A model generated the notes under the pieces. That model was not told where the DNA came from. It was given only the letters and a program-made list of their open reading frames with translations, and made no database searches. The translations under genes and the position numbers were made by a program. Of a DNA stretch of 64,000 nucleotides, positions 42,538 through 51,866 are shown one piece after another. Each line of letters opens with the position of its first letter. Positions within the stretch are counted from its first letter, which is position 1. This DNA comes from Candidatus Roizmanbacteria bacterium (GTDB taxonomy: Bacteria; Patescibacteriota; Microgenomatia; UBA1406), in contig JANLHL010000007.1 of the NCBI GenBank assembly GCA_024654535.1, forward strand, positions 2,395 through 66,394. The letters run 5' to 3'.

Positions 42538-45500
42538 TTATTCTCCCATTCTATGTTTATATGGCTGCCAAAGATTAGTCAGTGCAACATCCTCCATCAT
42601 TGCATACATATACGCAGGATTATACTGCACAGTGAATGGGACAGCATTGTCATTGGCAGCTCCCAATGTACGATTTATCAATAGCGAGCCTTGTACCATG
42701 AGCGAACCATTCAATGTAAACGCACCTGTTGTAACCGCTCTGTCATAATTTGGCGTTCCGTCATCTTCAATGGTGAGATTCCCATAGACAATGTAAATAC
42801 CTTCAAGTGTAGTTACCCCTGCATCTATTGTGAGATTCCCATCTATTATAAACACTTTATACGAATCGACCGGTACTGAAATATCGCTCGTTATTGATAG
42901 ATTTTGATCGTACATAAAAATCGTACCGGCAGGATCTGAAGAAATAACGCTGTCGGCAGTAGCGATTGTTGCCACTGTTCCAAACTGTTGTTTGACATCT
43001 GCATAACTTTGATACCCGTTTAGATTTGTAATGCTCGGCGCAGTGACTGGTTTCTTGCTTGCTCCCTCTTTTGCATACCAGTTCACCGGAGAGCCAATAT
43101 TGTCTGGGCTGACCGCACCGGTAATGGAACCATTTATGATCGATAGACCATTTTGAGTGCTTGCAGAATAGTTAAGGTAGTTATTTGCACCCATCATTAC
43201 GGTACTTGGTACGTCCATAGTCAGGTTTGAGTGTGTGTAGAATGTACCGTTGACTACTTGCATCCATACGCTTGAAATACGAGTTAAGGCAATTTTGAGC
43301 GTTTGAGTCAGTCCATTATTTGAAGCACCACCGGCAATAACGGCACCGCCGTCTTTTATGGAGACATCAGCTATAGCACCTCCAGAAGCACTTCCACAGC
43401 CACCGCCATATGCCGTAGCACTAATCCAACTCAATGCATATTCACCAGTTGTGTTGACACCAAATGTGCTACTCACAATATCTGCAGTTGTAAAATAGTA
43501 GTAGGGTAGAAATTTAAAACTCGTCATGTCCAACGTTTCGCTTGTAACCGATGCCCCATTACCTCCGTATGTATATGGCGAACCACCACTTTTGTAAAAA
43601 ATATCAAACAGGGGAATAAGTGAACTGAGCGTTGTGCCAGCTGAGCCACAAATAGACATGGGACTTACCTCATAAAATGATGAGTACACTTTCACATCGG
43701 TTCCATTCCAAATATCGAGTGAACTTGCCGACAATACACGACCAGTGGTCGTGCCTGCCCAATCGGTTGCAGACAAGTAAATATTACCGACAATGGGGCC
43801 CGTTGCACCCTCTTTGGCTATGCCTGATAAGTCGAGAGTAAATTGCAACGTGAGCGTATTGCCAGCGACAATAGCTGATGTATTGGAAATTGCAATAACA
43901 CCATAGTGCGATGTATTACTCAGGTAATTTTCACTAACGAGCGTATAGTTAGCACCGTCCCCGCTATCGGTATATTTTATACGGTAAATATCACCGTTTG
44001 CCCCGTTGTTATCTGTATCAAAATAAATGTATGCGCTTGCAATGTCTGAGATCGCATTTCCCGTTGCAACTGCCACATTGTTATCTATATCGGTAAATAC
44101 TGCCTCAATCGTAACCTTTTTATTATTGTTATCGTCAAGATCTACAATAAGATCTTTATTGTTACAACTCACGCCGTTACATGCAGTGCCACCAGAAGAG
44201 TTGAGAATAGTATTTGAACCCGCAGTTACCGTTGGTGCATTCTCAACATAATTCAGGACGATTGATTTTCCGCTATGCGAAGCCCCACCTTGATCAAGAT
44301 GATTTGAAACAGTATATTGACCACTGCTGCGCGTATTTGAAGCCCCGCTAAACTGGGTAAAATCGCTTCCATTTATGTAAAAGCCAGTGTCAGTGCTTTG
44401 CATGGTAATAGTACAGTTGTTTGCACCACCATAGTTTACGTATGGTAAATAGAACACACTTGTGAGAGATCCACTCGAGGGAATACCGATAGTTTGCGTC
44501 GTTTTATCGACTGCGTCGACTGTATAGGCACAGCTTGAAACAAGTTGTGCGTTCCAGTTGCCTGTTTTTGCGGTGTCGCCGTCGCGCAAGCGTGAAGCTT
44601 GGACGGGTATATCTTTGCCATTCCATATATCGAGCAAACTTAAACTAGCAATATCTGATGCATTCCCTCCGTTTCGCCATTGCGATGTATTAAGATCGTA
44701 CATCCAACAGATACTCCCATTACATGTTGATACATACCCTGTAACCGAGTTTGTCCATCCAGCTGTAGGCCCACCATTTGACCAAGGATATATGCCACTG
44801 TACGGTTGAACGACCCACGTTGTAATATCTACACCTGTTCCGCCACTAATCCACGTGCTATTTACGGAATCATATCTCCAACAAATATTTTTATTACATA
44901 TGGTTGATATTTTACTGACTGTATCATCCCATCCAGCCGTAGGCCCGCCGTTTGACCAAGGATATATGCCATTATACGGTTGGACATTCCATCCACCCTC
45001 ACTTCCTGTTTTTAATACTCTTCCTGAATTTGCTGTCGTAAAATCTTCTGCTTTTAAGTAAATATTAGAAAAGAAAGCTCTATCTTTTACAATTGCAGAT
45101 ACATCCATATTAGCAAATATAGTAAGCGTATGGGTACCACTGTCGTAAGAAGCATCTAAGCCAGACAACGTGATGGCACCATTCTCAGAATGTGTTCCAT
45201 CATAATCCGTGCCTGGGTCTGAACTTAGCATATCTGAAGCATTTATCACCCCATCGCTATTATTTGAAAACTTGATGCGATAGAAAGTACTATCGGCATA
45301 ATCGGTATTATTGTCGAATATAATCCACGCGTAGCGAAGATCGGTAACGCGGTTTAATGAGCCGTCAGGAACATCAACATCGGTAAACGTTGCTTTCACC
45401 CTCACTTTTTGGTTATAGTTGGTGTCAAAGTTAGTAATGAAATCTCCACTATTACACGAGCTATCTGTGCATGCTACAGCCCCAGAACCGTCAAGGATAG

Positions 45501-46485
45501 AAAAACTACCAGTGGTTGGAGCGGTGTTGGTAAAGTTGGGCGTTACCGTAAGTGTGGCACTTGCACAACCTTGTGCATCAAAACGCAATGGGACTGATTG
45601 TGGGAAAGAGCCTGCGTCTGTATATAAAGTCATAGCAGTCGCTACTGGAATAGTACCTGAAAAAGCCCCAGTGGACGGGTCAATACTTATGCCCAAATCG
45701 GCAATTAAATTCTTCCAGAATACGCCATTTTTATAAATAGCTACCTCATCTGCTCCATGAGTGGCATCTTTTTTTGCCGTTCCTGACATGGTGAAACTAG
45801 TTGCGTGCAAAATGTTCTGACCGTCGGCAGGAGACGTAACTGCAACAGTGTAGGAACAACCACAGTCTGCAGTGCAAACATCGGAAACGTTATAACAAAA
45901 TGTCCCTGTACATGTACCATCCCACGTCATTTTATATCGTTTTACGATCCCTGTCCTTCTGTCTGTTGATGCGCACGCACCAGCACCACATGCATAATCG
46001 GGAACTGTATCATCACAACTGGCATCACACGCAGGCGCTGGAGTTGGAGTTGGGGTGGGAGTTGGAGTGGGCGTGGGGGTAGCGGGTGGAATATATGTGC
46101 AACCGTCTGATGTATAAATCCAAGAGCCTGCATCTCCACCACTCCAACAATCGCCTGATGTAGAAGACGTAGCTCCAACAGTCCCACAACTTCGTGTAGA
46201 AAACCAAGAATATCTCACACATGATGTCTGTAGATTATCGGTATCGCAAAAATCACTATGGGTTGTTTCACTCATATTACATACATAGCCTGATAAGCCA
46301 TCAAAATCACAACTATAACTAAGATAGTCGTACGAACCTGAGCCTGTACAAGATTGGGCAATCGCTCGAGATGGATCAATTATCAAATGAAACTGGAAGA
46401 TAAACAAGAAAAGCAAAATTGCTTTAATAAATATCGATCCAATATATCTGTATATATTGTAGTGGTCAAATCTATTATTCCACAT
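42538..46485 (-). CDS. 1315-aa secreted or surface protein: Cys-rich N-domain, (TP)7 linker, duplicated modules, beta-helix-like C-terminus
   Basis: N-terminal anchor IGSIFIKAILLFLFIF. TPTPTPTPTPTPTP at 46039-46083. Two ~61-aa W-rich repeats (QPY.GIYPWSNGGPTAGW). Two ~90-aa modules (C..SC...D.I...D.N.N.KV...A.FTD.D). No enzymatic motif seen. Confidence 0.5.
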   Translation of the reverse strand: MWNNRFDHYNIYRYIGSIFIKAILLFLFIFQFHLIIDPSRAIAQSCTGSGSYDYLSYSCDFDGLSGYVCNMSETTHSDFCDTDNLQTSCVRYSWFSTRSCGTVGATSSTSGDCWSGGDAGSWIYTSDGCTYIPPATPTPTPTPTPTPTPAPACDASCDDTVPDYACGAGACASTDRRTGIVKRYKMTWDGTCTGTFCYNVSDVCTADCGCSYTVAVTSPADGQNILHATSFTMSGTAKKDATHGADEVAIYKNGVFWKNLIADLGISIDPSTGAFSGTIPVATAMTLYTDAGSFPQSVPLRFDAQGCASATLTVTPNFTNTAPTTGSFSILDGSGAVACTDSSCNSGDFITNFDTNYNQKVRVKATFTDVDVPDGSLNRVTDLRYAWIIFDNNTDYADSTFYRIKFSNNSDGVINASDMLSSDPGTDYDGTHSENGAITLSGLDASYDSGTHTLTIFANMDVSAIVKDRAFFSNIYLKAEDFTTANSGRVLKTGSEGGWNVQPYNGIYPWSNGGPTAGWDDTVSKISTICNKNICWRYDSVNSTWISGGTGVDITTWVVQPYSGIYPWSNGGPTAGWTNSVTGYVSTCNGSICWMYDLNTSQWRNGGNASDIASLSLLDIWNGKDIPVQASRLRDGDTAKTGNWNAQLVSSCAYTVDAVDKTTQTIGIPSSGSLTSVFYLPYVNYGGANNCTITMQSTDTGFYINGSDFTQFSGASNTRSSGQYTVSNHLDQGGASHSGKSIVLNYVENAPTVTAGSNTILNSSGGTACNGVSCNNKDLIVDLDDNNNKKVTIEAVFTDIDNNVAVATGNAISDIASAYIYFDTDNNGANGDIYRIKYTDSGDGANYTLVSENYLSNTSHYGVIAISNTSAIVAGNTLTLQFTLDLSGIAKEGATGPIVGNIYLSATDWAGTTTGRVLSASSLDIWNGTDVKVYSSFYEVSPMSICGSAGTTLSSLIPLFDIFYKSGGSPYTYGGNGASVTSETLDMTSFKFLPYYYFTTADIVSSTFGVNTTGEYALSWISATAYGGGCGSASGGAIADVSIKDGGAVIAGGASNNGLTQTLKIALTRISSVWMQVVNGTFYTHSNLTMDVPSTVMMGANNYLNYSASTQNGLSIINGSITGAVSPDNIGSPVNWYAKEGASKKPVTAPSITNLNGYQSYADVKQQFGTVATIATADSVISSDPAGTIFMYDQNLSITSDISVPVDSYKVFIIDGNLTIDAGVTTLEGIYIVYGNLTIEDDGTPNYDRAVTTGAFTLNGSLMVQGSLLINRTLGAANDNAVPFTVQYNPAYMYAMMEDVALTNLWQPYKHRMGE

Positions 46486-47149
46486 AATAGATTTGACTTA
46501 TTATAATTGGGCAAAAATCATCAGGTAATTTATTTACTGGAGCTGTATGTAAGACATTCAACAGATTTTTGGTATTGCCAGAGAGACAGTTAAGATATTT
46601 ACTTTGTTGAAACTTTTTTTTTGCGAGAGCAATCAACGCTGGAGTATAACTCCGAACTACAACCACAACTTCTTTCTTCTCTTTTAACAGTGTTTCTGCA
46701 TCAATAGGAGTATATAATCCACCGGTCCAAGTTTCTCTGTGTTCAAAAAAACTATTACCTTTGATTTTGGTAATGGCGACATTTTTGTCAGATAGTTGAT
46801 TAAACAAGTAAGTAAAATTGGCGCTTTTCGTCTCACCAGATTCATTTTTTAACAACAAAATAAATCTTGCATCATTCCTTGTACGTATTGTTTTTTGAAC
46901 TCTTCCAACTATCTTATATACTGATTTACCTGTGTCAACTTCAACAATTCCACAGTCAATAGATTTATTAGCTTCATTTTTAAATAGGTCACATTTTATT
47001 ATTTGATTTTTACTGTTAAAGAATAAAAAAATGGACAAGCCTATTAAGAAGATTGATGCAATAGTTATTAGTATGATAGGGCTTTTCACATTAGTTTTAA
47101 GAAAATACTGCACAAATTCTCTATATATAAATAGACAATACACCGTCAC
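46475..47149 (-). CDS. Hypothetical membrane-anchored protein
   Basis: 224 aa with TM helix IILITIASIFLIGLSIFLFF. GTG start 8 nt after TGaTATACT. Overlaps the downstream giant gene by 11 nt. Confidence 0.45.
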   Translation of the reverse strand: MTVYCLFIYREFVQYFLKTNVKSPIILITIASIFLIGLSIFLFFNSKNQIIKCDLFKNEANKSIDCGIVEVDTGKSVYKIVGRVQKTIRTRNDARFILLLKNESGETKSANFTYLFNQLSDKNVAITKIKGNSFFEHRETWTGGLYTPIDAETLLKEKKEVVVVVRSYTPALIALAKKKFQQSKYLNCLSGNTKNLLNVLHTAPVNKLPDDFCPIIISQIYYVE

Positions 47150-47289
47150 ACTATTTCAGTATATCAAGAAATCAATAATCAAATATGAAATTAAAAAAAA
47201 TGAAAATTAGTCTTTTATATTTTTATACCAGTCCAAACTCACAATAGCTACAATTATTTCCACTGAAAAGATATTAGAATCAGATAGTA

Positions 47290-49563
47290 TTACCTTACTA
47301 GTGCTGATGGTGTTGAAGGATCCATAGCTGTCCATTGTAACCATGGATGCTGAAGCGCTTCATAGTAAGTTGTAGCTTCATCGGTAGTAGTTAAACTGGA
47401 CAAACCGAACTCACTTTCAATTTCATCCGCTATCTTCTGGGCTTCAACAGTATCATTACTTAAACTAGCCTCATACAAGCTCACAATAAGGCTATTGAAA
47501 TATGCTTCTCTTGACTTAACTACATCAAGCCCATTAACAGACCTGCTATCAACTTGAATTCCACTTGCTTTGGCGTCATTCTGCTCTTGGTTATTTAACT
47601 TCAAAATAGTGAGATCACCCGTAGTAGAAACCGTATTTGGGTTTGCAGGCGTTCCAAATCTACCAACTACAATTTTGCCCACGTTTTGTTGAAATATCTG
47701 TGCCATTGTTTCAGAAGGGGTTAGGTTGGTAGCGTTTGGTAATGGTTCATTAATAATATGGCTATTTGGCAAAGTAGCATCTATACGAGATAACGCTATG
47801 TTATCGACAGGTCCTCTACCAAGCCCAAAGGGAATTTGCAGTCTTCTGCCTCCAATATCAAAACCCAATACGACAAAATAGAAATTCACTCCGGGGACAC
47901 CTTCGATTTGTTGTGAAATTGTTCCTAGATCGACCCCTTGGTATACTGCTCGTAGATATGGTTCGCCTCCCATCCCTATTACTTCTGGGTTAGAATACAT
48001 CAGGCCTAAATTTGGACCAATTTGCTTGCCAATGGCTTGATCTACACTTGCTCCGATATCATGCATGTTTATTATCGGAGGTGGAGTTACTTTTCCACCT
48101 ATTCCAATATTGTAACCATAGTTATTAATGTATGTATCTAATTCAACATCTGTAATTGTGCTAAAAACTCCACTTTCAAGAACAGATAATACAGGAACAT
48201 CTTCTGCCGCAACCGCAGGCGCCTGTGCGGTAATTGGCGCATCATTTTGGACAATATTTATCAATTCCCATCTACCTAATACTGGGTTAAATCGATATTT
48301 GGAAATCTGCTGATTCGTTGATGATTCCTTTACCATCGCAAAAAATCCGCCTACTTCTTGTGAATATACCACACTTGCACCTAGGTCTACCCCAATGTCA
48401 CCTTGTGTAAGTGGTGGTACGGCTGTTTGCGTACCGTCTGGGCCGCTAACTACACCAACTCCATTTGCCAATACTTCGTCTAATAAATTTGCACCAGTTA
48501 TAGTTGTAAGATTGGTTATTACATCAGCAGCAACTACCTGACCAAACATTGCATTAAGCTGGTCACGAGTTAGTTGGACGCCATATTGGTCAAGTAGAAC
48601 ATCGCTTGTCGGATCTTGTGGAGGGTTGACATTAAACATAAACAAAGAGTCTTGGCCAACTGCTATAGCTCCATAACCTGTGAGTTGCGATCCTTTTGGA
48701 ATGGTTATGCCTACTGGAAAACCCATACCTCCACTTATAGTAACATCATTCATCAGAGGATCTATATTTACAGTATGATATTCTTGTGGAATCCCAAGCG
48801 CTCGGCTCATCTGAACACCACCATCTGGCTCTGCGTTAACCGCCCTTGTAAAATCTACAAGAATTGTATTTTGATCTGCTTGATTCTGAATATCAGTAAG
48901 AAGAACTTGGACAGCAGGTGGATAGCCACTTTCGCTACCTCCACCAATTTGTGCAAAAGGCGCAAATAAAGCATCTATCGATACAGAGCTTGAAGGTAGT
49001 GGAGCTGCGACCGTTTCCGTCATTGTTGAGGAAGAAGAATATTTAGTCGTAATCCAACCCGCTATATCTTCTTGTCCATCGACTCTTATGATTACAGGAA
49101 TCCACGTAAAACCACTTCCACTTGTTGTCTTTCTGTTTGGATCTACTGCGAAGGTTGAACCTTCGACAGCTCCTGTAATAACGTTTGTCGCACCTACACT
49201 AGGAGTGCTCCTGATATTTGTGCCCGTAGTTGCAACGCGCGCAGAGTATTCAACAACACGGTCCTGCGGTGCAACAAGAGCAATAGGAACAACCGTATCT
49301 GTGATAGGCTTAGTTTCAGATAGAACAGCAGTTATGTCAGCAAGCATCGAATGATTAATTGAGTTTGGTTGGGCTGCAGGACTATAAGCTAATGCATTAT
49401 CTGCAGGTAATGGGGATGCAGATCCTGAGATAGGGGTTGGATTTGGAGGAACAGCACCTTGCGCTGCAACTGTTTCTGGTTTAGCTCCACAACTGGTTAC
49501 TGCCAAAGATAAAGCCAATACAGCTGTAGGTACAACTTGCCTTAAAATGTCAGGTGGTCTCAT
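47290..49563 (-). CDS. 757-aa lipoprotein with SH3b-like segment
   Basis: Lipobox LSLAVTSCG. The segment TNIRSTPSVGATNVITGAVEGSTFAV...WIPVI..DG..IAGWITTKY resembles bacterial SH3 domains. Confidence 0.5.
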   Translation of the reverse strand: MRPPDILRQVVPTAVLALSLAVTSCGAKPETVAAQGAVPPNPTPISGSASPLPADNALAYSPAAQPNSINHSMLADITAVLSETKPITDTVVPIALVAPQDRVVEYSARVATTGTNIRSTPSVGATNVITGAVEGSTFAVDPNRKTTSGSGFTWIPVIIRVDGQEDIAGWITTKYSSSSTMTETVAAPLPSSSVSIDALFAPFAQIGGGSESGYPPAVQVLLTDIQNQADQNTILVDFTRAVNAEPDGGVQMSRALGIPQEYHTVNIDPLMNDVTISGGMGFPVGITIPKGSQLTGYGAIAVGQDSLFMFNVNPPQDPTSDVLLDQYGVQLTRDQLNAMFGQVVAADVITNLTTITGANLLDEVLANGVGVVSGPDGTQTAVPPLTQGDIGVDLGASVVYSQEVGGFFAMVKESSTNQQISKYRFNPVLGRWELINIVQNDAPITAQAPAVAAEDVPVLSVLESGVFSTITDVELDTYINNYGYNIGIGGKVTPPPIINMHDIGASVDQAIGKQIGPNLGLMYSNPEVIGMGGEPYLRAVYQGVDLGTISQQIEGVPGVNFYFVVLGFDIGGRRLQIPFGLGRGPVDNIALSRIDATLPNSHIINEPLPNATNLTPSETMAQIFQQNVGKIVVGRFGTPANPNTVSTTGDLTILKLNNQEQNDAKASGIQVDSRSVNGLDVVKSREAYFNSLIVSLYEASLSNDTVEAQKIADEIESEFGLSSLTTTDEATTYYEALQHPWLQWTAMDPSTPSALVR

Positions 49564-49675
49564 ATGTAAAATACTAGCATTATAGGATATATAATGTCAA
49601 GGGATAATTTTTGTTTATACTATCGGCTAAGCTTACATATTGAATATTCACTCTTTACTAGAGGATAGTTATTAT

Positions 49676-50578
49676 CTATGCACCCTGTCGTTTTACTTTC
49701 TCCTCGTCGTAGCGTAAGAAAGGCTTATAATACGCTATATTTCCTGCAATATTTCTCATAAGCGTTTCAAATAGAATACCTCCTGGAATTATAGCTGTTG
49801 TTCCTGATGCGAATAGTTGTCCTTTTGTATGTGCGCCAAGTTCTTGATTTGAAAGCATACTCTCACGAAATAGTTGGGCCATATATTGTGGATTCCTTCT
49901 ACTTAAAATGTCGACTCCATCATTCATAATTCTCATGCCAACCTTAGATACTGCATATATAATTGGCACTAAAATAGTGCGCACATCAGCAGTCAGAGAA
50001 TCACTGTGTGCAATAAGCTCTGGCAGCAATGAAAACAATAGCAACGGACCGCCTTCTTCTATAATTCTTGCTACATTTCTTACATTCAGAAAGTCTCGCA
50101 TGGGTGGAAACCCTTCATTCTGTCCCCAACCATATTTACTCATTGTGTGCGCAAAAGTAATATCACCTAAGCCATGTCGTATACATCGCTCCAACGCACC
50201 GGCGACAGCTACTCTTGATACTTTTTCACCAGGACGAGTTTTCGCCGATACAGCTTTCCATAATTGAGATGGGTCAATTGTAAGTGCATATGCACCGGTG
50301 AACGAGTGGTCCAAATTGTATTCTTGATAAGGACTTGGGAGCGAAGTAATTGTATAGACATCGCTCGGCTGAGGAGATTTCCCAAAAGAATACTTCACGG
50401 GTGGAGTGCCATATATCGTACACAACGCATCATGTTGTGCCATGCTCACCTCAAAGTCGCTCCAGTAACCAAAATCCTCAAAATTCCAAACAGCAAACCG
50501 ACTATCAGGTTTGTTTGTTATAGGAACCCATGTTGCCCTTTTATTTGTTTCTGGTGAACTTCCATCTTCTGCTGACAT
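49676..50578 (-). CDS. Hypothetical protein
   Basis: 300-aa ORF. The ATG is 7 nt after TATACT (50586-50591). No recognisable motif. Confidence 0.45.
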   Translation of the reverse strand: MSAEDGSSPETNKRATWVPITNKPDSRFAVWNFEDFGYWSDFEVSMAQHDALCTIYGTPPVKYSFGKSPQPSDVYTITSLPSPYQEYNLDHSFTGAYALTIDPSQLWKAVSAKTRPGEKVSRVAVAGALERCIRHGLGDITFAHTMSKYGWGQNEGFPPMRDFLNVRNVARIIEEGGPLLLFSLLPELIAHSDSLTADVRTILVPIIYAVSKVGMRIMNDGVDILSRRNPQYMAQLFRESMLSNQELGAHTKGQLFASGTTAIIPGGILFETLMRNIAGNIAYYKPFLRYDEEKVKRQGA

Positions 50579-50754
50579 GGCTTATAGTATATAACACCTG
50601 TCAATTTATTTATTAAATCAACTACGAAATACACTTCCTTAGAAAACTTTCTATTATTTATTTGTGCTCTATCGGACTTCCTGTATCGTTTTATCGACTA
50701 TAATCCGTGGCTTATTTTATTAAGGTTCCGTACCTTTAAGGGAGGATAGGTTGT

Positions 50755-51852
50755 TTAGGCTTCGAGGAATTCGCGATAGTTGCGGTCGGTGACGAGAAAT
50801 TGGGTACCATCGTGATTCAGTATCTTCCATGCACATTTGCGCACCATGCCTTGGATACGGCGGTTGAGTGTACGAATACCCGGATCAAACCCGAGCGGTC
50901 GTATGATGAGTGGCCATACATTGTCCTCTATCCGGAGGGTATTCGTATCGAGCGCAACCTCTTTTATGGCGCGTGGTAATAAATACTCTTTTGCAATATA
51001 GAGCTTTTCTTCATCAGAGTAGCTGGGCATTTGTATAATTTCCATACGATCAAGCACCGCTGTCGCTATCTTATTTGTATTATTCGCCGTCGCTACAAAA
51101 ATCGCATCGGATATATCAAAGGGGTAATCTATATAATGATCAACGAATGCTTTGTTCTGTTCTGGGTCTAACAATTCTACTAATACACCCATTATTTCAT
51201 TGCGTTTTTCGTCGGATACACGATCAAGTTCATCAAGTAAAATGATCGGATTTCTAACCCCGACTCTTCGTAAACTTCTCATGACAATACCCGGTTCTGC
51301 CTCAGTATGGGTGCGTGAAAGCCCACGGAGGTCGAGCCCAGATGACAGCCCACCGAATGGTATTCGTACAAGTTTCCTGTTCAATGCTTCTGCCATAGAA
51401 ACAGCCATCGTAGTCTTACCAGTTCCGACAAGACCAACGAAACAAAGTATGGGTGCATGGAATTTGACTGTTGCAGCAGTCTGTTTGATGTTTTCTATTG
51501 GAGAGAACTCACCTTCGGAAATATTGTTTAAGGCTTTGTGACGCTGTAAGATTATAACAGACATGTACTCTAAAATGCGCTTTTTTATATTGTCCAAACC
51601 GTAGTGATTCTTATCAAAAATAGAACGCGCACGAGAGATCTCTAGCGTATCAATACTCTCAGAATTCCATGGCAACGATAACACCCACGTAACATATCGT
51701 TCGATTTGATCAAACACAATGAATGAAGATCCACCTCCTGCTTTCATAACAAATTCGAGCCTATCTAATTGATCGGTCAGCTTTACCGTCAGATCTTCGG
51801 GTAGCTTGGCATTGAATACTTTATCTTTGAGTTGTGAAACTTGAAACTGCAT
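50755..51852 (-). CDS. Lon-like AAA+ ATPase module without the LON N-domain or protease domain
   Basis: Collinear with the Lon region from ...WLLSLPW... (here WVLSLPWN) through HYGL..IKKRILEY, Walker A GLVGTGKTT, Walker B ILLDELDRV and LLDPEQN.AF.DHY to LDRMEIIQMPSY..EEKL.IAK.YLLP. The ORF ends where the protease domain would begin. Confidence 0.75.
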   Translation of the reverse strand: MQFQVSQLKDKVFNAKLPEDLTVKLTDQLDRLEFVMKAGGGSSFIVFDQIERYVTWVLSLPWNSESIDTLEISRARSIFDKNHYGLDNIKKRILEYMSVIILQRHKALNNISEGEFSPIENIKQTAATVKFHAPILCFVGLVGTGKTTMAVSMAEALNRKLVRIPFGGLSSGLDLRGLSRTHTEAEPGIVMRSLRRVGVRNPIILLDELDRVSDEKRNEIMGVLVELLDPEQNKAFVDHYIDYPFDISDAIFVATANNTNKIATAVLDRMEIIQMPSYSDEEKLYIAKEYLLPRAIKEVALDTNTLRIEDNVWPLIIRPLGFDPGIRTLNRRIQGMVRKCAWKILNHDGTQFLVTDRNYREFLEA

Positions 51853-51866
51853 ATTTTCAGTATATC

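Noticed and set aside
46475-50578. Prophage or integrative element in the AT-rich block of hypothetical genes that lacks the intergenic repeat.
   Set aside because: I saw no integrase, terminase, capsid, portal or repeat-flanked boundaries. The genes encode a lipoprotein and membrane or secreted proteins. There is only a weak compositional impression and no positive evidence.
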